Shown here: piece by piece, positions 29,784 through 39,258 of the stretch | Layout of the letters: each line of letters opens with the position of its first letter | Numbering within the stretch: position 1 is the first letter of the stretch | Origin: Candidatus Thorarchaeota archaeon | Lineage (GTDB): Archaea; Asgardarchaeota; Thorarchaeia; Thorarchaeales; Thorarchaeaceae | Length of the DNA: 64,000 nucleotides | NCBI GenBank assembly: GCA_048882485.1 | Contig: JBHLRP010000013.1 | Location: 1 to 64,000 of the forward strand | Reading direction: 5' to 3' | Notes under the pieces: generated by a model | What the model was told of the DNA's origin: nothing | Database searches by the model: none | Seen by the model: only the letters and a program-made list of their open reading frames with translations | Program-made: the position numbers and the translations under genes

Positions 29784-31261
29784 TATCGAGACCTCCTTCG
29801 ATACAACACAGCAATGATTGCAATCACAGCAACCAATCCAGAAGCAATCACCAATTGCATTGTGGTGTCCTCACGAGAAGTAGATTCCAAGGCATCAGCT
29901 GCTGCAACCCATGCGTCTGCTATCTCTATAAGATGGTCACGAATGTCCACAAGATCTTGCTCGTAGTATTCAATAGCACTCTCAAGATCTTCAGTTTCGT
30001 AGTAGAGGTCTGCAATATTGGTGAGTGTTTGAGTCAGAATTGTACCATTCACAGTATAGTATGGATCAATCAAGCTCGCATTTTCACTCAGAACCGCCAG
30101 GTGTGACACTGCTGCACTGGCGGATTCCAAAAAGGGCTCCAAATCCAGGCCTGCCAAGATGCTTGGCAATGTCTTGAGACTCTCACGATAGGACAGATAT
30201 TGCAGAGTAATGCCCATTTCCATCAGTAGGCCTGTAATAATCAATGTGTAGTAGCGATCATCTTTGTCGGAGCTCACATCATCTAGATAGGCGATTATTG
30301 ATTCCTTTGTAAGGTCATAGCTAAGACCTCTAAAGGCATCCGCGCCGAAGTTAGCGTAGAAGACATTCTCTAGCCCCTCGCCGTATGATGAACGCACGCC
30401 TCTCAGCCTCTCACAGATATATGAAACAAGACTAGATTCAAAATCATCTGGAGGACCACTACCGGCCTTAACTACCACAGACCCATAGCCCATGTCTTTC
30501 ATTGCATTTTGTAATGTGCTATAATTGACTGAGTATAGCCATCGACCATCATCAGGAAATCCAAAGTTCTCACCGACAGCTCCAACTCCCGGATCCATAA
30601 TCGTGACTTCACTTGCAGTGTCATTGTATCCAATACAGAGAACTGTATGTCCTGAGCCTGTATCTGCTGATTGTATTCCCATGGTTCTCGCAAGATCATA
30701 GTCAGAAGGGGGAAGGTAATATGGATCGGTCCAAATAGCCAAGGGATATCCATCATCAACCGTGGTTCGTATCAAGTCTAGAGTGTCAGTCCAGCCATCG
30801 ATATCAGTATAGTTCAATCCCCAAGCTGCCATTGCTGGACCATATGCTATGCCAATTCCTATATCATCATCCATGTAGATGTCGATGTCCAAACCGTAAA
30901 GATTAGCTATTGTAGGCAAAGGTTCCATCTGTCGAAACATAGCACCTGGTAGAAACACCGTCAAATCTTCATAGCGGATGTAACCCGCTGAGAAACCGAT
31001 TCCGGAAGCTGCGAAGAGACTGTGAAGGTCCAGTGGTGCTCCTGCATGTCGTAGTGCCATTGAAAGAGCCGACCATTGACAAAAGCCATTAATCTCCTGC
31101 CATTGATACGGAACTCCCGATATGTGACCATAACCATCACTTGCAGGGGTATAGCCAGGGCTAGATATAGCTAGCCCCGGCTCGGAGATAGAAGAAGGAA
31201 GCTGCATTACTGTTACGCAGACTGCTGCAACGATCATTATTGCGATGCGGTTCCTGTTCAA
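29783..31261 (-). CDS. Membrane-anchored papain-fold (C39/BtrH-like) peptidase
   Basis: VPYQWQEINGFC, GHTVLCIGY, IMDPG (Q/C/H/D); signal peptide and C-terminal TM. Confidence 0.75.
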   Translation of the reverse strand: MNRNRIAIMIVAAVCVTVMQLPSSISEPGLAISSPGYTPASDGYGHISGVPYQWQEINGFCQWSALSMALRHAGAPLDLHSLFAASGIGFSAGYIRYEDLTVFLPGAMFRQMEPLPTIANLYGLDIDIYMDDDIGIGIAYGPAMAAWGLNYTDIDGWTDTLDLIRTTVDDGYPLAIWTDPYYLPPSDYDLARTMGIQSADTGSGHTVLCIGYNDTASEVTIMDPGVGAVGENFGFPDDGRWLYSVNYSTLQNAMKDMGYGSVVVKAGSGPPDDFESSLVSYICERLRGVRSSYGEGLENVFYANFGADAFRGLSYDLTKESIIAYLDDVSSDKDDRYYTLIITGLLMEMGITLQYLSYRESLKTLPSILAGLDLEPFLESASAAVSHLAVLSENASLIDPYYTVNGTILTQTLTNIADLYYETEDLESAIEYYEQDLVDIRDHLIEIADAWVAAADALESTSREDTTMQLVIASGLVAVIAIIAVLYRRRSR

Positions 31262-31392
31262 CTCTGAAACTGCCCCCTCTTGGTAAAGGCAAGTACTGAA
31301 TAGCCTCTACCGTATTTCCACCGGAACACCCGCGTCAGAGTGCTCTCGCACTTTGCTTTTTCAGTTCTATATTTTCTCCTCCCCACCTGCAT

Positions 31393-32169
31393 TCACCTCC
31401 AAGCTAGTAGCTTGCTCCTATCGATTTGACCTCCAACGATCTTGAGATAGGCATCCTCGAGGTCCTTGGTCCCTGTTTTGGATACAATCTCTTCAGGGGA
31501 CCCTACAGTCACAAGAACTCCATCGTTGATTATGCCAACAATATCGCAGACATCCTCCGCGAATGAGGTCTGGTGTGTACAGATGAAGAACGTGGTGTCG
31601 GTTTCTTCAGCAAGCACATGGATGAGGTCCTTGACAAGTGCTCCTGCACCGGGGTCAAGCCTAGATGTGGGTTCATCTAGGAACACAAGCCTCGGCTCGT
31701 GAAGGATCGTGGAGGCGACGAGGACCTTCTGTTTCATTCCACTTGAGTAGGTGTCAAGGAGATCATCCTGACGCCCTTCAAGTCCTAGCATGGTCAACAG
31801 ACTGTCAATTCGCCTCCGGAGAGACTCGCCCTCCAGGTTGTTCAATGCCCCTATAAACTCGAGGAACTCAATAGCGGAGAGCTTTGAGTAGAGGCCAGGG
31901 GTTTCGGGCAGGAGGCCAGTCACAGACTTGATCTCTCCTGCCTTCTCGATTATGTCCATCCCTAGTACTTTTGCGGTGCCGCTCGTGGGTTTCATAAGCC
32001 CTGAGAGCATGCGCACTGTAGTTGTCTTTCCGGCACCGTTTGGCCCTAGGAAGCCGAATCGACCTCCTGAGGCGACTTCCAGGTCGAGGTTTCTGACAGC
32101 TTGGATTGGACCAAAGGTCTTGTTCAGTCCTAGGGTTTGGATAGAGATGCCGTTGTTGCTCATCAACAC
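31393..32169 (-). CDS. ABC transporter ATP-binding protein (drug-exporter type), copy 2
   Basis: GPNGAGKTT, YSSGMKQK, LDEPT. Confidence 0.95.
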   Translation of the reverse strand: MLMSNNGISIQTLGLNKTFGPIQAVRNLDLEVASGGRFGFLGPNGAGKTTTVRMLSGLMKPTSGTAKVLGMDIIEKAGEIKSVTGLLPETPGLYSKLSAIEFLEFIGALNNLEGESLRRRIDSLLTMLGLEGRQDDLLDTYSSGMKQKVLVASTILHEPRLVFLDEPTSRLDPGAGALVKDLIHVLAEETDTTFFICTHQTSFAEDVCDIVGIINDGVLVTVGSPEEIVSKTGTKDLEDAYLKIVGGQIDRSKLLAWR

Positions 32170-33860
32170 TACACCTCCACCTTCCCAAGGCTCTTAGTAC
32201 CGAGATACAACATCAGCCCACCCACTAAGAGTAGCAGAGAGGGTCCAAGAACCATCTCCACCATCATGAAGCCATTGAGCCCGAACACATCCCCAAAGAA
32301 GCGGAAAAGGTTGAAACCAAGTCCGATGTCTAGGAAGATTGTCGCGAAGAGTGGCCCGATGAGTGTGAACTGTGTCAACATCATCGAGGTTATCAGGACC
32401 GTCTGGTGCGCAGAGGACTTCGTGTCCTCATAGTTGGGATTCTGAGCAGTAACTCCCATGGCTACCATCACTGCTCCGCAGACTGTGACGAAAGCTGCGC
32501 AGAAGATTTGGACTGTTGTAAGAGGAGCTAGACCGAACATGAAGAACATGGCCAAAGTCGGTGCTAGACTGAGTGGAATCGCCATCATGAAGCCTGTCAC
32601 AACGCGTGCCCTCATGAAGCGTGAAGCTCCTTTTGGTGCACTGCGAATAATCCAGAGCTGGTCCTTTGACTCAAGGAACCCTGTACCAGCAAATGGGAAC
32701 ACACCTACTACGCCTATCATGATGCTAATCATGGGTAGGATTTCTGAGGCGTCGAACACCTCTCCCTCCATTATGGTCATCTGCTGGATCAGGATTGGCA
32801 ATATGATAGCTAAGACGACTCCATAGAAGATCTTGGAGAGGTTCTGAGCCTTCCTACCAAAGTCCTTCAGACTCACTATAGTGAGTGCACCAAAGGGACC
32901 CTTTGCAACACTACGAATACCTCGGAGGAATATGTTCTCACGGCCAACAGTAGTGACGGTTTCTGTCCTCACTCCAGCGCTGATTGTGAAGACTCTGTCC
33001 GCAGCAGTTATCGCAATAGGCACGAATGCCAGACCGAACGCCGCCATCAACAGAGCACTTGTCAACATGTCAAGCTGGAGGATAGCACCGAATGCAAGAA
33101 TCTGAGATCCAGTCAGACCAATTCCATTGAATGTGATGGTGACCCAGCTAATCAAATCAGCAGGCCAGGTGAAGGGCATCACTAGGAATGCGTTCATTCC
33201 AAGGATATCTGACAGCTGCGGCATGAAGAACATCAAACCATACATAGGGATGATGACTATCAGGGCAATCACAAATGAGAGGGCCTTCGCAATGTCGTTG
33301 CCTCGGGAAGAGTCTCCAAGCCTTGCTTGGATTACTGATGTGAGGAAGTTCGATAACCAAATGGTCGATAAGACCATCAGAGCAATCACAGTGTAAACCA
33401 ATGCCTGACCCACGATTGATACCTCAAAGGCCAGCATAAAGGGGGAAATCAGCAATGGGGCAAAGACCATTACAATCAACCCGTAGAAGGGCATCTTACC
33501 AACGAAAGTCCCGCTCAGAATATCCCTAGTCTTAACATTGTTAGACAGGAATATCTCCCACTGTCCAATCTTAATCTCTTGTAGAGAGTATGAGAGGGGG
33601 TACAGTAGTAGGAGTGCCCATAGGAAGAGCATTACTGTCCGCATGAGCCCAGGAAACATAACCATCAATAGTGTGCGAATGGTTTCCATCGGAATGATCA
33701 GCTGGATGAATCCATTGATTATCATCGGGGCCAAATATACTGCCCATATAGCTGCCAGTGCAAACATCAGACCGACTGTAGCCCTTCTGTGCTTACGTAT
33801 ACCAGCAGTTAGTACAAAGAACTCAGCCTTTGCGATATGATACCACTTACGTGTCATCAC
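32169..33860 (-). CDS. Large ABC exporter permease (internally duplicated, about 12-14 TM)
   Basis: Highly hydrophobic, lies between two ATPases, translationally coupled. Confidence 0.8.
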   Translation of the reverse strand: MMTRKWYHIAKAEFFVLTAGIRKHRRATVGLMFALAAIWAVYLAPMIINGFIQLIIPMETIRTLLMVMFPGLMRTVMLFLWALLLLYPLSYSLQEIKIGQWEIFLSNNVKTRDILSGTFVGKMPFYGLIVMVFAPLLISPFMLAFEVSIVGQALVYTVIALMVLSTIWLSNFLTSVIQARLGDSSRGNDIAKALSFVIALIVIIPMYGLMFFMPQLSDILGMNAFLVMPFTWPADLISWVTITFNGIGLTGSQILAFGAILQLDMLTSALLMAAFGLAFVPIAITAADRVFTISAGVRTETVTTVGRENIFLRGIRSVAKGPFGALTIVSLKDFGRKAQNLSKIFYGVVLAIILPILIQQMTIMEGEVFDASEILPMISIMIGVVGVFPFAGTGFLESKDQLWIIRSAPKGASRFMRARVVTGFMMAIPLSLAPTLAMFFMFGLAPLTTVQIFCAAFVTVCGAVMVAMGVTAQNPNYEDTKSSAHQTVLITSMMLTQFTLIGPLFATIFLDIGLGFNLFRFFGDVFGLNGFMMVEMVLGPSLLLLVGGLMLYLGTKSLGKVEV

Positions 33861-33861
33861 T

Positions 33862-34653
33862 TCACCTCCAGGCCAAGAGTGCCTCGCGGTCGATCTTGCC
33901 GCCGACTATGTTCAGGTACGCATCTTCCAGATTCCGCGCTTTTGATGCCTCTATGATGTCTTGAGGTGCACCCTGTGTGACAATTGCACCCTCGTTGAGG
34001 ATTGCAATAATGTCACAGACGTCTTCAGCAAAGCTGGTCATGTGAGTGCAGATGAAGAACGTTGTATCAGTCTCCTCAGTAAGGACTAGGATCATATCCT
34101 TGATTATAGCACTTGCACTGGGATCGAGCCGTGAAGTTGGTTCGTCAAGGAAGACGACCTTGGGCTCGTGTAGAAGTGTTGAGGCGACTAGGACCTTCTG
34201 CTTCATGCCTGATGAGTAAGACTCCAGCAAGTCGTCCTGTCTGCCCTCGAGTCCCAGTATGCCAAGTAGGCTGTCAATACGTCTGTGCACACCATCACCA
34301 TTCCTACCATTGAGTGCTCCAATAAACTCTAGGAACTCAACAGCAGACAGCTTTGAGTACAGACCGGGGGTCTCTGGGAGTAGGCCTGTTATTGCCTTGA
34401 TAGCGTCGCGATCTTTGCTAACATCCATGCCACATACTTCGGCATATCCGCTAGTCTGTTTTAATAGACCTGAGAGTATACGGACTGTGGTTGTCTTCCC
34501 AGCTCCGTTAGGACCAAGGAAGCCGAACCTGTTGCCCGACATCACCTGCAGGTCTAGGTCACGTACGGCTCGAACAGAGTCGAAAGACTTGTTCAACCGC
34601 TCGGTTCGAATTGTTATTCCGTTTCTAGCCAACTTGCTCACCGAAATTGTCAT
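33862..34653 (-). CDS. ABC transporter ATP-binding protein, copy 1
   Basis: GPNGAGKTT, YSSGMKQK, LDEPT; close paralogue of copy 2. Confidence 0.95.
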   Translation of the reverse strand: MTISVSKLARNGITIRTERLNKSFDSVRAVRDLDLQVMSGNRFGFLGPNGAGKTTTVRILSGLLKQTSGYAEVCGMDVSKDRDAIKAITGLLPETPGLYSKLSAVEFLEFIGALNGRNGDGVHRRIDSLLGILGLEGRQDDLLESYSSGMKQKVLVASTLLHEPKVVFLDEPTSRLDPSASAIIKDMILVLTEETDTTFFICTHMTSFAEDVCDIIAILNEGAIVTQGAPQDIIEASKARNLEDAYLNIVGGKIDREALLAWR

Positions 34654-34656
34654 GCA

Positions 34657-34759
34657 GTAAATGTTTACCGCAATCTATGTAAACAATCACCACATTTAAA
34701 TATAAACTTTCCCAAGTACGTAGTGAAGAATTACCCCGAAAGCTTTATAGCTGGGTAAT
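34657..34759. promoter_or_regulatory. Divergent promoter with palindromic sites
   Basis: TGTTTAC-N10-GTAAACA (34662-34685); ATTACCC...GGGTAAT (34730-34759) bracketing BRE-TATA GAAAGCTTTATA. Confidence 0.55.
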
Positions 34760-34783
34760 GACTCAAACAGTGAGGATAAGAAG

Positions 34784-35356
34784 ATGCTACTCTCAGTTCA
34801 CGAAGCAACGGTCTGGTGGGAATTCCAGCAGGGAAAGACCACTGGAGAAATTGCGAGTGACTATGAGGGCCACGTAGTAGCTCCTCCATATGTCCATGCC
34901 CTCTTTGAGCAGTCTGACAAGAGATCCGAGAGAGATGGCATTGAGGATGTGCAACTTAAGGATACACAGTATGTTTCTAGAGTTCTTAACAGAGCTCGTG
35001 CCAAGATCGAAAAGGCTCTCAGAGACCAAGCGAAAAGTCATCGGCTTGACATTGAAACTGTTCAGGACTATAAGGGGCTACTAAGAGGATTCGATTACCA
35101 GGCAAACACAGAGGTGTATATCGTCTATACGATGAAGCTTGGCGTTGTGGTCTGGTATAAGCACGACTCATATGCCGGCAAGCTCTGTCCGGATTGCCCA
35201 AAGCAGGAAGAATGCCGCGAAACTCTTGATGCCATTATGACTGAATACAACATTGCGCTGCGACCAGACGAGGAACAGCTCTATATGACTGAACAATCCA
35301 TTGCCATCTTCAATAAACTCGCTGCCAAAGAAGTACCGAGGTATAAGAGAGGATAA
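34784..35356 (+). CDS. Putative regulator: interrupted HTH plus CxxC-x5-C domain
   Basis: GKTTGEIA...QYVSRVLNRARAKI; CPDCPKQEEC. Confidence 0.6.
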   Translation: MLLSVHEATVWWEFQQGKTTGEIASDYEGHVVAPPYVHALFEQSDKRSERDGIEDVQLKDTQYVSRVLNRARAKIEKALRDQAKSHRLDIETVQDYKGLLRGFDYQANTEVYIVYTMKLGVVVWYKHDSYAGKLCPDCPKQEECRETLDAIMTEYNIALRPDEEQLYMTEQSIAIFNKLAAKEVPRYKRG

Positions 35357-35372
35357 TGGAGAGTTGTGAAAG

Positions 35373-36125
35373 ATGGGTCGGGATTATGAAGGGAAATTAA
35401 TCAGGCCACCAATGGAAACAGTGGCTTATGGGAAAGTGTTCAAGCCCGCGGCGGCATTGAGGAATAAGTACTGGTTCATTGCGATAGTGACCCTGGTGAC
35501 GATGTATGCAATAACCGCGGGCACGTTCCTTGGACTCTTCTACTTGTTATTCATGTTCGACAGCGACCTCTTTCAGTTCTCAGCCTGGCTCGACGCGGTG
35601 TGGACGCCGATCAACTTCTGGTTCTGGACTATCTCCCTCATCATAGTTGTTCCGGTGTTCGTACTGATTCCAATCTATCTGAATCGGTTTGAATATTCGG
35701 TGAGAGGTGAGTCAGGGAAGTCACTGCCTGAGATATACGTCAAGAAAGGACTCATCGATGTCACGGAGAAACATGTGCCGCTTAGAACCATCACAAATAT
35801 AGCGAGCAAGACTGGTCCCTTCGACCGGCTGTTTGGTATAGGTAATGTTGAGATTCATACTGCCGGATATTCTGGTGGGCCGTATGAAGGAGGAAAGCCG
35901 GAAGAGAAGATAGAGGGCATAGTGTTCTATCAGGAGCTACGGGACTTCATTCTGAGTGAGATGAGGAGTCTAAAAGGCACTTATGCAACGACAACCGAGG
36001 TGCTTGCAGAGCGGGACAGTACAATTCGAGTGGGTTCGGTTGAGGAAGCAACACTTGCAACGCTGCAAGACCTTCGTAATGTACTGCGTAGGATAGAAGG
36101 CAAGCTTGACAGGAGTGGAGTATAA
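35373..36125 (+). CDS. bPH_2 (YdbS-like PH-domain) membrane protein 1
   Basis: 2 TM plus KKG..KHVPLRTITNI..GPFDRLFGIGNVEIHTAG. Confidence 0.88.
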   Translation: MGRDYEGKLIRPPMETVAYGKVFKPAAALRNKYWFIAIVTLVTMYAITAGTFLGLFYLLFMFDSDLFQFSAWLDAVWTPINFWFWTISLIIVVPVFVLIPIYLNRFEYSVRGESGKSLPEIYVKKGLIDVTEKHVPLRTITNIASKTGPFDRLFGIGNVEIHTAGYSGGPYEGGKPEEKIEGIVFYQELRDFILSEMRSLKGTYATTTEVLAERDSTIRVGSVEEATLATLQDLRNVLRRIEGKLDRSGV

Positions 36126-36126
36126 G

Positions 36127-36894
36127 ATGAGCACCTATTACGACGAGCGAGTGATTAAGCCTCCTATGGAGAGGATAGCCAGTGGGAAGATTTTCAAGCC
36201 AGCCAGGTCCTTAATCTTCAAGGGCTGGCTGCAGTCTATCATGTTCTTCGCAATCTGGTGGATTGTCATCATGATAGCTTGGACTGGTCTGTCATTCATA
36301 ATCTTGGTATTCGATAGAGGGCTGACCCCACTTCAACATGCTCAATATATGGGGACATGGTGGTGGATCGTAAATTTATGGTACTGGGGAGTTGCCTGCA
36401 TCATTCTTGGCGTTGTTTTCACAGTTTGGGCTGTATATGTTCTGAAAATAGAGTACTCAATCTTGGCTGAGTCAGGAAGAGCAATGCCAGAGATCTATGT
36501 GAAGAAAGGCATTCTCACTGTGACTGAGAAGCATGTGCCCTTCAGAACAATAACTTCCATCTTCTCGAAGAAAGGTGTGTTCGACAGGTTATTTGGGATT
36601 GGAAGTGTTGAGATTCAGACTGCTGGGATGACAGGAGGTCCATCCCCTGGCGGGTTCCAACCAAGGCCAGAGGAGAAACTCGAGGGGCTGCCATACTTCA
36701 ATGAACTCCGTGACTTCATTCTAAGAGAGCTTCGGAGATTCACAGGTCAATATGTCACAGGAACTGAAGTCGTTGTCCCTGAACAAGACAGGGCATTTGT
36801 AGACCCTGGACAGGGAGAAATACTGCGAACACTTCAGGACATGCGGGACATCCTCAGGAGGATGGATGAAAAGCTTGACAGGAGGGACATATGA
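36127..36894 (+). CDS. bPH_2 membrane protein 2
   Basis: Same motif set; ATG 36127 follows an RBS. Confidence 0.88.
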   Translation: MSTYYDERVIKPPMERIASGKIFKPARSLIFKGWLQSIMFFAIWWIVIMIAWTGLSFIILVFDRGLTPLQHAQYMGTWWWIVNLWYWGVACIILGVVFTVWAVYVLKIEYSILAESGRAMPEIYVKKGILTVTEKHVPFRTITSIFSKKGVFDRLFGIGSVEIQTAGMTGGPSPGGFQPRPEEKLEGLPYFNELRDFILRELRRFTGQYVTGTEVVVPEQDRAFVDPGQGEILRTLQDMRDILRRMDEKLDRRDI

Positions 36895-36895
36895 G

Positions 36896-37657
36896 ATGAG
36901 TGATAGCAAAGTGATCAAACCTCCTTTGGAGGAAATCAAGAGCGGCAAGGTGTTCAAGCCCGCTACGGCATTCGTATACAAGGGCTGGTTTGGGGTGATT
37001 CTAGGAGCCATAGGACTCTGGGTCTTTGCAATGCTAGTATGGCTCGGAACAGCGTTTCTGGTCATTGTTTTCGATAGTGGAGCCACATTCTCAAGCTTCA
37101 TTGTCTACCTCAACATCTGGTGGTGGCCAGTCAACTTCTGGTGGTGGGTTATAAACGCGTTCTGGCTCATTCCTGCCATTATCATATGGCCTTTCTATGT
37201 GAACAGGTTCGAGTACTCAGTAATAGCTCATTCCGGCGAAACAATGCCAGAGATCTATGTCCGCAAGGGAATCATCACTGTCACCGAGAAACACGTACCA
37301 TTTCGTACCATAACAAACATCTCAAGTAAGGCGGGTCCAATTGATAGACTCTTCAAAATTGGGAGTGTCGAGATTCAAACTGCAGGTTTCTCGGGAGGGG
37401 CTCAGGCTGGGGCGAAACCTGAAGAGAAGCTAGAAGGACTTCATATCTTTGAATCTGTGAGAGACTTTGTGCTAAGAGAGCTTCGGAGATTCACAGGCCA
37501 GTATGTCACCGGGACCGAGGTGGTCGCTCCTACTGACAAACCAGTGCAAAGAATGGATGACACGCTACAAGACGAAATACTAATCACACTGCGGCAGATT
37601 AGAGATAAGATAGGCCCACTAGATGAGATTTTGGACCTTCTTAAGAAAAGAGCATAG
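36896..37657 (+). CDS. bPH_2 membrane protein 3
   Basis: Same motif set; ATG 36896. Confidence 0.88.
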   Translation: MSDSKVIKPPLEEIKSGKVFKPATAFVYKGWFGVILGAIGLWVFAMLVWLGTAFLVIVFDSGATFSSFIVYLNIWWWPVNFWWWVINAFWLIPAIIIWPFYVNRFEYSVIAHSGETMPEIYVRKGIITVTEKHVPFRTITNISSKAGPIDRLFKIGSVEIQTAGFSGGAQAGAKPEEKLEGLHIFESVRDFVLRELRRFTGQYVTGTEVVAPTDKPVQRMDDTLQDEILITLRQIRDKIGPLDEILDLLKKRA

Positions 37658-37669
37658 GCGAGTCAAGGA

Positions 37670-38392
37670 ATGAGCAGTGAAGGAAAGGTAATCAAACCTC
37701 CAATTGAGGAAGTAAAGAGCGGAAAGGTGTTCAAGCCATCAAAGGCCTTCCGCAACAAGAACTGGGTCTTGATGATATCTATAGCATTGGGAATCTGGGT
37801 GACCTTTATCTCCATCATGCTTGGAATTGGGTATCTCGTGTTTGGTCTAATTGGACAGCCAGGCTTTCAGAGCTGGATCGATGTTTTCTGGACTGTGATC
37901 AATCCTTGGTACTGGCTGCTGACTGCTGTCTGGTTCATCCCTGCCTTTATCCTCTACCCAATCTACATCAACGCATTCGAATATTCAGTCATTGCTGAGT
38001 CAGGTGAAACGATGCCTGAGATATACGTGAAGAAAGGTCTCATCAATATCACACGCAAGCATGTTCCCCTGAGAACGATTACTAACATATCAACCCGTGC
38101 AGGCCCATTTGACCGCATCTTTGGAATTGGCACAGTTGAGGTGGAAACAGCTGGGGCCTCAGGACCGCAAGTCGGAGGATCAGCGGAGGAGCGTTTGGAA
38201 GGTTTGGTCTTCTATGAAGAACTCCGTGACTTCATCCTGCGCGAGTTGCGCAGATTCAAGGACCCCTATGTCACCGGGACAGAGGTTGTGATTCCAGAGG
38301 ACGAGAAGGTCATCAGAGTGGGCAGCTCAATAGAAGAAGAGGTCCTCAAGGTGCTTGAGGATATCCGCGACCTTCTAAGAGATCGCAGATAG
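37670..38392 (+). CDS. bPH_2 membrane protein 4
   Basis: Same motif set; ends EEEVLKVLEDIRDLL. Confidence 0.88.
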   Translation: MSSEGKVIKPPIEEVKSGKVFKPSKAFRNKNWVLMISIALGIWVTFISIMLGIGYLVFGLIGQPGFQSWIDVFWTVINPWYWLLTAVWFIPAFILYPIYINAFEYSVIAESGETMPEIYVKKGLINITRKHVPLRTITNISTRAGPFDRIFGIGTVEVETAGASGPQVGGSAEERLEGLVFYEELRDFILRELRRFKDPYVTGTEVVIPEDEKVIRVGSSIEEEVLKVLEDIRDLLRDRR

Positions 38393-38394
38393 GA

Positions 38395-39159
38395 GTGAGT
38401 GCCATGAGGGAGGGATCTGCTCGAGTCATCAAGCCCCCAAGTGATGAGTTTGAGAGTGGCAGAATATTCAGACCTCTTCCTTCCCTCCGCCACAAGAAAT
38501 GGTTGAAGTTCATTCTGGCGGCGTTCGCATTCTATGGAGTGTTTCTATTCGCATTCTTCGGACCACCCATTGTAACTGTATTCATAATCGAATTCATACC
38601 CCTCAACCTCTATCTTCCTATGGACAGTTGGATTGTTGGAAGTCAGGTCTATTGGCTAATTACTCCATTTTGGCTCATTCCGGCACTGGTCTGGGTTCAT
38701 CTCTATGTGAGGAGCATCGAGTATTCTGTAGTGGGTTGGCAGGGAGAAACAATGCCAGAGATCTACCAGAAGAAGGGTATCATCACAATCACAAAGAAGC
38801 ATGTGCCATTCAAGAACATCACTCACGTGAAGAACAGAGTGGGGATATTTGATAGGCTGTATGGGATTGGCTGTGTGAAGGTAGAAACGGCTGGTGAGAA
38901 AGGGGGAATGCAAGCCACTGGGGTGCTGACACTCATTATTTCGCGACTGTTTTCTTCCAGTTCCGAAGAAAACATAGAGGGCATTCGATTCCACGAGGAA
39001 TTGAAGAGATTCATCCTGAAAGAGATGCGCGGATTTGGGAAAGCCCCTCTTCATGCTTCCAGGGAGAGAAGAGTTGCATCCAAGGGTCTTTTCACAGAAC
39101 GTACTCTGCGAGCCTTTCAAGATGTCAGAGATGCGCTAAGAACTGAAGCACAGAGGTGA
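38395..39159 (+). CDS. bPH_2 membrane protein 5 (most divergent)
   Basis: Same motif set with a hydrophobic insertion after TAG. Confidence 0.85.
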   Translation: MSAMREGSARVIKPPSDEFESGRIFRPLPSLRHKKWLKFILAAFAFYGVFLFAFFGPPIVTVFIIEFIPLNLYLPMDSWIVGSQVYWLITPFWLIPALVWVHLYVRSIEYSVVGWQGETMPEIYQKKGIITITKKHVPFKNITHVKNRVGIFDRLYGIGCVKVETAGEKGGMQATGVLTLIISRLFSSSSEENIEGIRFHEELKRFILKEMRGFGKAPLHASRERRVASKGLFTERTLRAFQDVRDALRTEAQR

Positions 39160-39255
39160 ATGATAATGCGATCTATGAAGTATGTATTGGTGCTAATATT
39201 GGGATTGTTGATGTTTTTCTTCTTCCTGGCTCTCTACCTATCAGGACTTCTCTGA
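39160..39255 (+). CDS. Unannotated 31-aa single-TM peptide
   Basis: MIMRSMKYVLVLILGLLMFFFFLALYLSGLL; ATG directly after the preceding TGA, GAGGTGA RBS. Confidence 0.55.
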   Translation: MIMRSMKYVLVLILGLLMFFFFLALYLSGLL

Positions 39256-39258
39256 CAC

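Noticed and set aside
31262-31392. Remnant of a second ABC permease after ATPase copy 2
   Set aside because: Only an 18-codon frame with no convincing similarity to the permease N-terminus
35373-39159. CRISPR array or DGR template/variable repeats
   Set aside because: The repeats are paralogous coding sequence; no reverse transcriptase, cas genes or adenine-specific mismatch pattern seen
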